This document shows, piece by piece, positions 1 through 7,989 of a DNA stretch of 29,565 nucleotides. This DNA comes from a virus. The translations under genes were made by a program, and so were the position numbers. The notes below the pieces were generated by a model. It did not search any database, was not told where the DNA came from, and saw only the letters and a list, made by a program, of their open reading frames with translations. Where the stretch lies: UHGV virus genome UHGV-0175179; one strand, given 5' to 3'. Within the stretch, counting starts at the first letter, position 1. Each line of letters opens with the position of its first letter.

Positions 1-153
1 CAGACCGGGAACCCCTGACATGGCGTTCCCGTTTTTCTCCCTTTACACCCTTTTTTCACCTTTTCTAAAAACGCCCTTGACCTTCCCCTTGCTGGGAGGT
101 TTTCAAGTAGCGCAGTACCGCAAGGCACTGCGCCAATTCAGTATTTTACAGAC

Positions 154-1176
154 TTAACTAACCCTCAAAACCCCCGCATTGCCTCCAGAGTGTGGACGCA
201 ATGTGGACATTCCACTAAGGGGATTGTAGCTCACTGCATCCAGTAAATAGTCCGGCGCGAAGTGAGCATAGGTCATAGTCTGCGATATGTCGGAATGACC
301 AAGAATTCGTTGTAACGCGATAATATTTCCGCCCTTAATCATGAAGTGCGTGGCGAACGTATGACGTAGCGCGTGCGCGGCTTGCCCATCTGGAAGATTG
401 GGCTTTGCTTCTTTCATACGCAGACGGAAGGTTTTATAGCTCACGCGGAACAGTCTTCCCGATTCCTGATGTTTCACTATTTTTGCAATGTCGTCAGATA
501 TGGGGACCACCCGCCGATCTCCGTTTTTAGTGATCGTAAACATCACCCTGTTACCGACAATGTTTTCCGCTTTAAGCTGGTAGGCTTCGCCCCATCGAGC
601 ACCGGTAGCAAGCAGCAGAACGGCGATGCGGTAGTAATCACCTGAGCACAGGGATAACAGCCGGTTTACTTCCGACTCAGTGAAATACGACATTTCCGTT
701 TTTGGCTCTTTCAGCGCTGAAATTGCTGTTACCGGGTTTTCACCGTGAAACTCATCAATTTCGGCCATAGCTTTAAACACACCACTAAGTGCAAACAGGT
801 CATGATTTATCGTTGAAGCCTTGATCCCTTGCTCCAGCCTATATGCCCGGTAATCAATAAGACATCGCGCATCAATCTGGTAAATCATGGGATCCCCCAT
901 ATCGTGGCAAATGCAGTTAACAGCACTAAGCCTGCGGTTTGCGTAGTTCTTATTCCGTCCGATTAACTGCCACCATAACGCGATAAATTCGCTTAGTTTT
1001 CGCTTATCAGCCGGTCTATTTAAATAATCATGGTTTTGATACTTGGCAATAATGCTGCGCTCAAAAGCGTGCGCATCTGCCTTTCTCTCAAACTTCCGCC
1101 GAATGCGCTTTCCGTCGCGCCCGCGCGGCCTGACATCCACTTCATAGCGACCATCTTCGAGTTTCTTAACGGACAT
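154..1176 (-). CDS. int: Tyrosine integrase, P2 Int-like (track ORF begins at a TTG at 1191; ATG at 1176 preferred)
   Basis: Translation MSVKKLEDGRYEVDVRPRG...HALRHTFATHFMIKGGNIIALQRILGHSDISQTMTYAHFAPDY carries the tyrosine recombinase catalytic box (R..H..R..Y region) and closely resembles P2 Int from memory. GGAGGG lies about 8 nt upstream of the ATG at 1176. Confidence 0.9.
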   Translation of the reverse strand: MSVKKLEDGRYEVDVRPRGRDGKRIRRKFERKADAHAFERSIIAKYQNHDYLNRPADKRKLSEFIALWWQLIGRNKNYANRRLSAVNCICHDMGDPMIYQIDARCLIDYRAYRLEQGIKASTINHDLFALSGVFKAMAEIDEFHGENPVTAISALKEPKTEMSYFTESEVNRLLSLCSGDYYRIAVLLLATGARWGEAYQLKAENIVGNRVMFTITKNGDRRVVPISDDIAKIVKHQESGRLFRVSYKTFRLRMKEAKPNLPDGQAAHALRHTFATHFMIKGGNIIALQRILGHSDISQTMTYAHFAPDYLLDAVSYNPLSGMSTLRPHSGGNAGVLRVS

Positions 1177-1245
1177 AAGAAAACCCTCCAACAGTCAGAT
1201 CACTATCCTGGTAACAAATAGTGAAAATGTAATGTTTATATAAAG

Positions 1246-1545
1246 TTAACCAATCTGTTTCCCGGAGGGGGATGACAGAATTTCGTCCGGCCCATTGTGT
1301 GCGAGAGCCGGTGCTATCTGGCCTCGGCTCGGGTCTGTACGGTCATACATGAACCAATCCTGATACTTGTGAAATCGGGGGTGACCAAAAAGTTTGATCG
1401 CAGCATCTAATGACATTTTTGATTTGCCAAGTTCATAACCATTATACGTTCCGTAATTTACGCCAATTAAATCAGCTACTTCCTTAGATTTAAGACGTTC
1501 GGAATCCCGAATCAATTGAAGTTTTTCACTCTGTGATATTGACAT
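1246..1545 (-). CDS. Immunity repressor, P2 C-like (99 aa, HTH)
   Basis: 99-aa product, the same length as P2 C, with an N-terminal HTH-like segment (KEVADLIGVNYGTYNGYELGK) and a C-terminal GQIAPALAH motif as in P2-family repressors. It is co-oriented with and upstream of int, as in P2. Confidence 0.75.
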   Translation of the reverse strand: MSISQSEKLQLIRDSERLKSKEVADLIGVNYGTYNGYELGKSKMSLDAAIKLFGHPRFHKYQDWFMYDRTDPSRGQIAPALAHNGPDEILSSPSGKQIG

Positions 1546-1670
1546 GATATGTCAGATCTCTCATTGTATACGCGAATAGACACTCACAGGCGACATTGAA
1601 CGCCTATGACACCAGAGACTTTAGAGGGCTAAAGATGCCTCAACAAGCCTCAACATTAGGAGTCTACCAA
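1546..1670. promoter_or_regulatory. Immunity switch region between the repressor and cox-like genes (expected face-to-face Pc/Pe promoters and operators)
   Basis: Position matches the P2/186 face-to-face promoter switch. A tandem 9-bp direct repeat GCCTCAACA occurs twice with 10-bp periodicity at 1636-1654. No clean sigma70 hexamers could be assigned by eye. Confidence 0.4.
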
Positions 1671-2138
1671 ATGAGAGAAATACGAGAAAACGAATTAAAT
1701 GCGAGATCTCAGCATTTACGTCAGTTTCCGTTAGATGGTGCTCGTATCGCACGCATCTGCAAAATGACTGACTCACAAGCTAATGCAATTCGCGATATGA
1801 ACACCGAAGAACTGCAAAAGCAGATTTTTGTTACACCTGTTGAATTTGCCTACCTGACAGGCCGGACTCTTAAGTCAGTTCGCAATCTGATGGATCGTGC
1901 TCAAGTACCAGTCCACCGCGAAGGGATGCCGGGTTCAAAACGTCCTAAGCGTTTCATTATGTTGCAAGAATACTGGGAAGCCGTAGCCCACTGCCGCGCA
2001 CTAATTACCCCAGAAGAAAAGCACTACATTGATCGTCTGATGCGCGACAAGAAAACATATCGCCGCGTAACTGGTAACAATCACCAGACACATAAGCGCA
2101 CCCGACACAATCTTCTTTCTGTTTCACATACAGCTTGA
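1671..2138 (+). CDS. Cox/Apl-like early regulator or excisionase candidate with an N-terminal extension; start uncertain (1596, 1635, 1671 or 1764)
   Basis: First rightward gene after the repressor. The C-terminal half (VEFAYLTGRTLKSVRNLMDRAQVPV) resembles the P2 Cox HTH region. AGGAG at 1658-1662 precedes the ATG at 1671; AGAGGG precedes an alternative ATG at 1635. Confidence 0.5.
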   Translation: MREIRENELNARSQHLRQFPLDGARIARICKMTDSQANAIRDMNTEELQKQIFVTPVEFAYLTGRTLKSVRNLMDRAQVPVHREGMPGSKRPKRFIMLQEYWEAVAHCRALITPEEKHYIDRLMRDKKTYRRVTGNNHQTHKRTRHNLLSVSHTA

Positions 2139-2155
2139 TAGTAGCGAGGCTTATC

Positions 2156-2377
2156 ATGGATTTATCACAATGCCCATCACTCGCCAGCCTGCTCACCCAC
2201 GGCCAGCAGATCACCCACCGTCAGCATCAACGCGGCTGGATTGAAACCCCGGACGGGCGTTTCTTCCAGCCTAAAGCGGCAGATGTTCAATTTGTTAAAA
2301 ACTGCCGTTTACCGTTTATGTCACGCCCGCGTAACAAGCGCCGCTGGTTTTCCCGCTTAATGGGCATCTTCGCGTAG
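2156..2377 (+). CDS. Hypothetical early protein (~74 aa)
   Basis: ATG at 2156 with GAGG 6 nt upstream, co-oriented in the early operon. No recognisable motif. Confidence 0.35.
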   Translation: MDLSQCPSLASLLTHGQQITHRQHQRGWIETPDGRFFQPKAADVQFVKNCRLPFMSRPRNKRRWFSRLMGIFA

Positions 2378-2392
2378 TTCGGGGAGGTGATT

Positions 2393-2782
2393 ATGTTGAT
2401 GGATAAGACAGGACCGCAGCCAGGCCGCCGCCAGTTCTTAGAGCAACGGGCGCGGCTGCAAGCCAGTTTGAACGCCTCACGCGTGAATGACACTGCAACC
2501 CGTTTTAACCGCCTGGATGATGCCTGCAAAAAGGTGATTTTCATCCTGGCAAACGATGCGTCCAGATACATAGCCGGAATGCCGAAACTGAGCGCCAAAC
2601 ATTTGGGTTGCACTTACGAAAATCTAACCGAAAAGGAGCAAACGTGCCTTTTGATGGGCATTAAGCGCCTTACCGAATTTGCAGCATCAATGCCGTGGGA
2701 ATTTGAGGACTACGCCGCGCCACGCGCTGAAATTCAGGCGATACGCGATAAACCACCCACGCCAGATAACGCAGTCAATTAA
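2393..2782 (+). CDS. Hypothetical early protein (~130 aa)
   Basis: ATG at 2393 with GGAGG 5 nt upstream (the track used a GTG at 2387). No recognisable motif. Confidence 0.45.
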   Translation: MLMDKTGPQPGRRQFLEQRARLQASLNASRVNDTATRFNRLDDACKKVIFILANDASRYIAGMPKLSAKHLGCTYENLTEKEQTCLLMGIKRLTEFAASMPWEFEDYAAPRAEIQAIRDKPPTPDNAVN

Positions 2783-2852
2783 CAACTAACTACTCACAAA
2801 AAAGAAACAGGCGCTAACGCGTCGGGCTTCTTGCACCCTGGAGAAAGTAAAA

Positions 2853-3836
2853 ATGATTCGATCTCTCGTTAAATGGCCCGGTGGTAAAGGCCGCGTTATG
2901 CCTGATTTGCTGCCGATTCTGCCGAAAGCCGATTGCCTGGTGGAACCGTTTGTCGGCGGTGCTTCTGTTTTCCTCAATACTGAATATCGCCGTTATATCC
3001 TGGGTGATATAAACCCAGATTTAATTAACCTGTATCGCCAGATAGCCCGCTGGCCTGATGTGGTGATCGACGCTGCTCGCCCGCTGTTTAAAGTGTACGG
3101 TGATAAAGACGGCTATAAGTGGATCCGCGACGATTTCAACGCTCGCGCCCATGACCTTCTTTCATCGCGCAATGTGTTTGAGGACGGACCGGACGCGGGC
3201 AAGATTCTTCGTGCAGCACAGTTTCTTTACCTGAACCGTCACGGATATAACGGCGTAGTGCGCTACAACCAACAGGGCGGATATAACGTTCCCTTTGGTA
3301 GACACAAAACCCCGCCTTACTTCCCGGAAGAACAGATCCGTTTATTCTCTGAAAAAGCTAACGACACGAAAGCTATTTTCGTGTGCTGCGATTTCCAGAG
3401 CACGTTAAAAATCACGATTGGTAGTGACGCGGTTATCTACTGCGATCCGCCATACCTGCCAACAAGCGAAACCGCTAATTTCACCCAATACCACACCGCC
3501 CCGTTTGGGATTAAAGAGCATCGCCAGTTAGCTGCCGCCCTGCTGGATATTAACCGCCTTACTGGTTCGCCGGTGATCCTGTCCAACAGCGACACCCCTG
3601 CTACCCGCGAGATTTATCACACTTTCAACTTCCAGGAAATCAGCGTTAACCGTTCTGTCAGCGCGAACGCCATTACCAGAGGGGTCGCCAGTGAAGTGAT
3701 TGGCGTCCTGAAAGTGTGCAGCGGCTGCGGTCGTGCCGATGGTGGCCGTTGTCCTGACTGCGGCCCGGTAATGGGTGACGCGACCTACAACGAAATGCTG
3801 GCATCGGCTGCGGCCAATGGCGTGGAGGCTTTTTAA
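2853..3836 (+). CDS. dam: DNA adenine methyltransferase, Dam family, with a C-terminal Cys4 zinc-ribbon extension
   Basis: KWPGGK and LVEPFVGGASVFLNTEYRRYILGDINPDLINLY are near-identical in pattern to E. coli Dam (KWAGGK, LVEPFVGAGSVFLNTDF..YILADINSDLISLY). DPPY catalytic motif present (IYCDPPYLPT). The C-terminal ~45 aa add CSGCGRADGGRCPDCG. GGAGA RBS 8 nt upstream. Confidence 0.9.
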   Translation: MIRSLVKWPGGKGRVMPDLLPILPKADCLVEPFVGGASVFLNTEYRRYILGDINPDLINLYRQIARWPDVVIDAARPLFKVYGDKDGYKWIRDDFNARAHDLLSSRNVFEDGPDAGKILRAAQFLYLNRHGYNGVVRYNQQGGYNVPFGRHKTPPYFPEEQIRLFSEKANDTKAIFVCCDFQSTLKITIGSDAVIYCDPPYLPTSETANFTQYHTAPFGIKEHRQLAAALLDINRLTGSPVILSNSDTPATREIYHTFNFQEISVNRSVSANAITRGVASEVIGVLKVCSGCGRADGGRCPDCGPVMGDATYNEMLASAAANGVEAF

Positions 3837-4036
3837 TGGCAACCCGTATCGATGCAACTCAATCCGAATTTACCCGCGGTGCGCTGGCTGCGCTTAACGA
3901 AGCTAAAACCATTGCGCTTGCCCATGCGACGTTAGCGGGCGTTCTGGCTGGGCCTGACGTGGCTAATACATTGCTGATTTCTTTCAATACGTTATTAGAC
4001 CCGCTAATCGAAAAGCATTCACAACGGGAGGGTTAA
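3836..4036 (+). CDS. Hypothetical small protein (66 aa), translationally coupled between the two methyltransferase genes
   Basis: ATG overlaps the dam stop (TAATG). Ala/Leu-rich, no motif recognised. Confidence 0.4.
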   Translation: MATRIDATQSEFTRGALAALNEAKTIALAHATLAGVLAGPDVANTLLISFNTLLDPLIEKHSQREG

Positions 4037-4038
4037 TC

Positions 4039-5049
4039 GTGGGTGCTTTGGCTTACTACAACGAAATCGATCCATATGCAGCACAGTGGCTGCGCAACCT
4101 CATTGATGCCGGGCATATTGCGCCAGGCATTGTTGATACCCGTTCAATTGAGGATGTAACCCCCAATGACCTTAAAGGCTTTACTCAATGTCACTTCTTT
4201 GCCGGGATCGGTGTGTGGTCATATGCCCTGCGTCTTGTGGGCTGGCCGGACGACAAACCGATCTGGACTGGATCCTGCCCATGCCAGCCTTTCAGCCCGG
4301 CAGGCAAAGCAACTGGGTTTGATGACGAGCGGCACTTATGGCCCGCCTTTCATTGGCTCATTGCTCAGTGCCGCCCTGTCGTTGTCGCTGGCGAGCAATC
4401 TGGAAGCGCTAACGCGAACGTCTGGCTCGACCTTGTACAAACTGACATGGAAAGCCTGGGCTATGCCTTCGGGGCGGTCGCGTTTCCGTCTGCGAGCGTC
4501 GGTGCGCCACACATCCGGGACAGAGCTTACTGGGTGGCCGACACCAACGGCGAGCGCATGGAAACACCCTGGAAATCAGGGGAGGCAGGGAGGCTTGAAT
4601 TTGCAAACGGCCACAGCATTAGCTGGGTGGCCGACACCAACAACACAGAGCAACAACCAAATCTCAGGAGTTGGAGCGGCTGCAGATCACCCGAAGCGCG
4701 GGACAACTTTGGGCGGGGCTGCTCAGCTGTCGGGGTGGCCGACACCAGCTTCAAGGGACGGCAAGGGGGGGTATCAGGGCGGGAGGATGCGCAACGGGAA
4801 GCTGTCGACGGACACGCTGGATGTGACGGCGCAAATTGCGGGACCGGTCCGGTTAACGGTTTCTGGCGATCTGCTGACTGGCTGTATTGCCGGGATGGAA
4901 ACTGGAGGCCAGTTAAACCCGGACTTAAGCCGCTGGTTGATGGGGTTACCGGACGAGTGGGAAAAATCCGCGCCTACGGAAACGCTATCAACGTTGAAGC
5001 TGCAACAGCGTTCATAAAGGCTTATATGATGGGGGCGTCAAATGTCTGA
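4039..5049 (+). CDS. DNA cytosine-5 methyltransferase, phage orphan Dcm-like (GTG start); reading frame integrity uncertain
   Basis: Motif I-like FAGIGVW, motif IV PCQPFSPAG, motif VIII-like APHIRDRAYWVA and motif X-like RAYGNAINVEAATAFIKAY in this frame. GGGAGG 7 nt upstream of the GTG. The stop overlaps the gpA start. Confidence 0.8.
   Translation: MGALAYYNEIDPYAAQWLRNLIDAGHIAPGIVDTRSIEDVTPNDLKGFTQCHFFAGIGVWSYALRLVGWPDDKPIWTGSCPCQPFSPAGKATGFDDERHLWPAFHWLIAQCRPVVVAGEQSGSANANVWLDLVQTDMESLGYAFGAVAFPSASVGAPHIRDRAYWVADTNGERMETPWKSGEAGRLEFANGHSISWVADTNNTEQQPNLRSWSGCRSPEARDNFGRGCSAVGVADTSFKGRQGGVSGREDAQREAVDGHAGCDGANCGTGPVNGFWRSADWLYCRDGNWRPVKPGLKPLVDGVTGRVGKIRAYGNAINVEAATAFIKAYMMGASNV
4531..4749 (+). 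repeat. Three direct copies of a ~15-bp motif GGGTGGCCGACACCA inside the Dcm-like gene
   Basis: Copies at 4531-4548, 4623-4641 and 4732-4749, read directly from the sequence. They encode WVADTN / WVADTN / GVADTS in the gene frame and GWPTP three times in the overlapping frame. Confidence 0.8.
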
Positions 5050-7660
5050 CACCGCCTTTGCATGGCCCTGGAACGCGCCGCGCCAAGCTGTTGGCCTGTA
5101 CACCTACGAACCGAAAAAGATCGCCCCGCTTGCCGGGGCGGTGGCGCATCATCCTGCCGTAAAAAAACACATCGATCACATCTTCAAACGCGCCGGTTAC
5201 AACCCCGACGACGTTCGAGACCGTGACGCGCTGATCCAGTCGCTGGACAGGTACGAACCGTGCGGCCTGCCACTGGCCGCCCAACAAAATATCATCCGGC
5301 AGGAAAGTGCAGCCGCCAAAGCTGCGGCGGCTGCCTGGGCCAATACGCCGGAAGGTGTCGAAGCGCGTTTGTTGTCTGAGCCGTTCTTCATCCGCGAAGT
5401 CTGGCGCAAAAAAATTGAATGGTTACGGGCCAACCGTGAAACCAGACACACCAATGATTTTCTTATGGGGACCGTGAAAAAATCATTGCTGCGTCTCGAT
5501 GTTGTGCGCACAAGGCAAGGTGTTTCGCCTGATATCACCGGCGAACTGGCCGCGTACTGGTTCGGGCGCTGGCAACGACTGGCTGATTTCACAAAGCGGG
5601 AAGCACTAAGCGCCGCTAATGAGATCGCCAGCCGCATGACTGAAATGCTGGGGACGGAATGCGAAGCCCTGGGACGGAATGTTTCCGACATGAACGTCGA
5701 AGAACTGGACTGGCTTTATTGCCACATGGGCCGCGAAATGCTGGCGCTTCGTATTGTGCCGCCTGCATGGTATGCGCCGTGGGAACGCGAGCGCATATGC
5801 ACGGCCATTTTGCGTATGGCTTCGCCTGACTGGTGGGGGCGCAAAATCTGGCGCCTGCGTTGTGACTGGCGCGAAAACCAGCTGCGTGCTGTTGGCGCGG
5901 TAAATAAAAAAGCGCATCCGTATATTAGCGCATCAAGCCTGATGGAATGGCAGGAACAGCGACGTAAAAACCGTAATTTCTTCAAAAGTCATGAACTGGT
6001 AGACGAAGACGGCAACGTTTCGTCGCTTGAGGACATGATTAACAAATCCACGTCTAACCCTGCAATTCGTCGTCATGAGCTTATGGCCCGTATGGCTGGT
6101 GTGGAGCTTGTCGCCCAGAGCCGTGGCGATGTTGGCATCTTCCTGACCATCACTTGCCCGTCGAAATATCACGGCAATATTGCGTCCGGCCACCATAACG
6201 CAAAATGGAACTACGACACGGTTGCACAGGCGCAACGCTATTTATGCCGCGTATGGAACCGGGCAACCGCCAAACTGAAACGCGAAGATTTGCGCCCTTA
6301 TGGCTTCCGCGTCGCCGAGCCGCATCACGATGGGACGCCACACTGGCACGCGTTGTTATTTATGCCAAAAGAGCAAGTCAAAGCCACGGTTGCGATACTT
6401 CGCGCCTACTTCATTGCGGAAGACCGCGACGAGCTGGGCCGCAACACCGGTGCTCGCTTCAAGTCCAAAAAAATGGACCCACGGAAAGGGTCAGCAACGG
6501 CATACATCGCCAAATACATTTCGAAGAATATCGACGGTCACGCGCTGGCCGGTGAACTGGACGACGAAAGCGGCAAGCCGCTGAATGAAACAGCCAAATA
6601 TGCAATGGCCTGGGCGTCACTTCACCGCATCCGCCAGTTTCAGCCCATCGGACAGCCGCCCATATCGGTTTACCGCGAGCTGCGCAAACTGAGCAATCAG
6701 ATCACGACCCGCCAGAAAATTGACAATACCTTCAAGCGCGGTGCGCCGTTGCTTGTGGATCCTGCAATGGATGCGGTTTGCGCCGCTGCCGATGTCGGGT
6801 GCTTTGCTACCTACATCATCCGCCAGGGTGGTGTTTTGATCCCGCGTGAAAACTATGTCGTCCGTCTGGCCTATCAGCCAGCTGATGAAATGAATGCTTA
6901 TTGTGAGATCCCCGAAAAGGTTTTCGGGGTCTGGTCGCCGCGTCTGGGTGATGCCTCCCGTATTTGCACCCGTCTGGTTAAGTGGAAAATCCGCGCCAAA
7001 TCCAAAGCTACCACCGAGGCCAAAAACGGCCCCGGTTTGGGGGGTGACCTTTTGCCGTCGCCAACCGGCGACGCTTGGAGTTCTGTCAATAACTCTACGG
7101 AAGCCGAAAAAATCACCGATTTTTCGCCTGATGTGGAGGGGATGACAGAAGAATCAGAAGAGGAAATCGTCGATTTTGAAAACATGGACCAACCGACGCG
7201 GCGCAAATTGATGCGGCGACTACGTGAAACACCATTCAAAAGGCAGCAAAACGGATCACCTTATGAGCCAGGCAGCGAATTAGATGTCGCCTGGCGTTCT
7301 GCCGTGGAAAAAACCGAGGCCAGATCGGCGGCAGAAAAGGCCAGACGGGGGGCGCTTGCTCCTGCGGTTGCCAGCCTGCTAGCAGATGCGGCGTTGTATT
7401 CGGTTGAGATTTCAGAGATTCAGGCCGTTTCGCTGTTAATGGGGAGTTGTCTGGAAATTGGCGGCAAAGTTTATCGGGCCAGTGCTGACGGCCAGTTGAT
7501 AACGCGTCAATTACCCGACGAGTCACGGACGGTGAATAAATTATGGGAACGTCTGCGGGATAACCACGGCATAGATGCCACGCGCCTGCGGTTCGATCCT
7601 GCGGGTGAATACGCAAAGATGTTAACGAAAGCAATTAATTGCGCTGACAAAAAGGGGTGA
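5042..7660 (+). CDS. A: Replication initiation endonuclease, P2 gpA family (HUH rolling-circle initiator)
   Basis: HUH motif HWHALLF and active-site tyrosine motif SATAYIAKYISKNIDG, typical of P2 A-type initiators. 872 aa. Position after the early genes matches P2. Confidence 0.9.
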   Translation: MSDTAFAWPWNAPRQAVGLYTYEPKKIAPLAGAVAHHPAVKKHIDHIFKRAGYNPDDVRDRDALIQSLDRYEPCGLPLAAQQNIIRQESAAAKAAAAAWANTPEGVEARLLSEPFFIREVWRKKIEWLRANRETRHTNDFLMGTVKKSLLRLDVVRTRQGVSPDITGELAAYWFGRWQRLADFTKREALSAANEIASRMTEMLGTECEALGRNVSDMNVEELDWLYCHMGREMLALRIVPPAWYAPWERERICTAILRMASPDWWGRKIWRLRCDWRENQLRAVGAVNKKAHPYISASSLMEWQEQRRKNRNFFKSHELVDEDGNVSSLEDMINKSTSNPAIRRHELMARMAGVELVAQSRGDVGIFLTITCPSKYHGNIASGHHNAKWNYDTVAQAQRYLCRVWNRATAKLKREDLRPYGFRVAEPHHDGTPHWHALLFMPKEQVKATVAILRAYFIAEDRDELGRNTGARFKSKKMDPRKGSATAYIAKYISKNIDGHALAGELDDESGKPLNETAKYAMAWASLHRIRQFQPIGQPPISVYRELRKLSNQITTRQKIDNTFKRGAPLLVDPAMDAVCAAADVGCFATYIIRQGGVLIPRENYVVRLAYQPADEMNAYCEIPEKVFGVWSPRLGDASRICTRLVKWKIRAKSKATTEAKNGPGLGGDLLPSPTGDAWSSVNNSTEAEKITDFSPDVEGMTEESEEEIVDFENMDQPTRRKLMRRLRETPFKRQQNGSPYEPGSELDVAWRSAVEKTEARSAAEKARRGALAPAVASLLADAALYSVEISEIQAVSLLMGSCLEIGGKVYRASADGQLITRQLPDESRTVNKLWERLRDNHGIDATRLRFDPAGEYAKMLTKAINCADKKG

Positions 7661-7662
7661 GC

Positions 7663-7878
7663 ATGAAAATTATTATTGGACATAAGAAGCAAAATAATCA
7701 GTTAGATGTAGTTGTAAGTGCCTGGTGTTGGGAAATAGAGCAACTCAATAAGCTGACAAAAGAAGTGATCCGGGTGTTTTTTGTGGAGGGGGAAGCAACG
7801 TGCGTGCCGTCGTCATTTCTTCTGCGTCGTAAATACAAGGTAAGCGGGCCGGAAAGTTCTAAATCTTCCACCAGATAA
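7663..7878 (+). CDS. Hypothetical small protein (71 aa) in an AT-rich islet
   Basis: ATG at 7663 with AGGGG 5 nt upstream. Markedly lower G+C than the flanking phage genes (by eye). Followed by a terminator-like hairpin. Confidence 0.35.
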   Translation: MKIIIGHKKQNNQLDVVVSAWCWEIEQLNKLTKEVIRVFFVEGEATCVPSSFLLRRKYKVSGPESSKSSTR

Positions 7879-7892
7879 AACAGTCAATCGCG

Positions 7893-7925
7893 AAAACCTG
7901 CGTTACTTGTTGCGCGGGTTTTCAC
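7893..7925 (+). terminator. Putative intrinsic terminator of the early operon
   Basis: Stem CCTGCG (7897-7902) pairs with CGCGGG (7913-7918) around a 10-nt loop, followed by TTTT (7919-7922). Sits 15 nt after the stop of the 7663 ORF. Confidence 0.35.
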
Positions 7926-7989
7926 GATTCTGCGGGTGCGGGCGGCAAAGAGTCCGCATGTTTTGATTCTAAAAGTGAGATAAGAAAAA

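Noticed and set aside
4166-5017. The 283-codon alternate-frame ORF inside the Dcm-like gene as an independent gene
   Set aside because: It has no start context of its own and is wholly inside the MTase gene. Kept as a frame anomaly finding rather than a separate CDS.
5197-5691. 164-aa minus-strand ORF and other alternate-frame ORFs within gpA (5606-6584)
   Set aside because: They lie within the gpA coding region, which has HUH and Tyr motifs. No independent signals.
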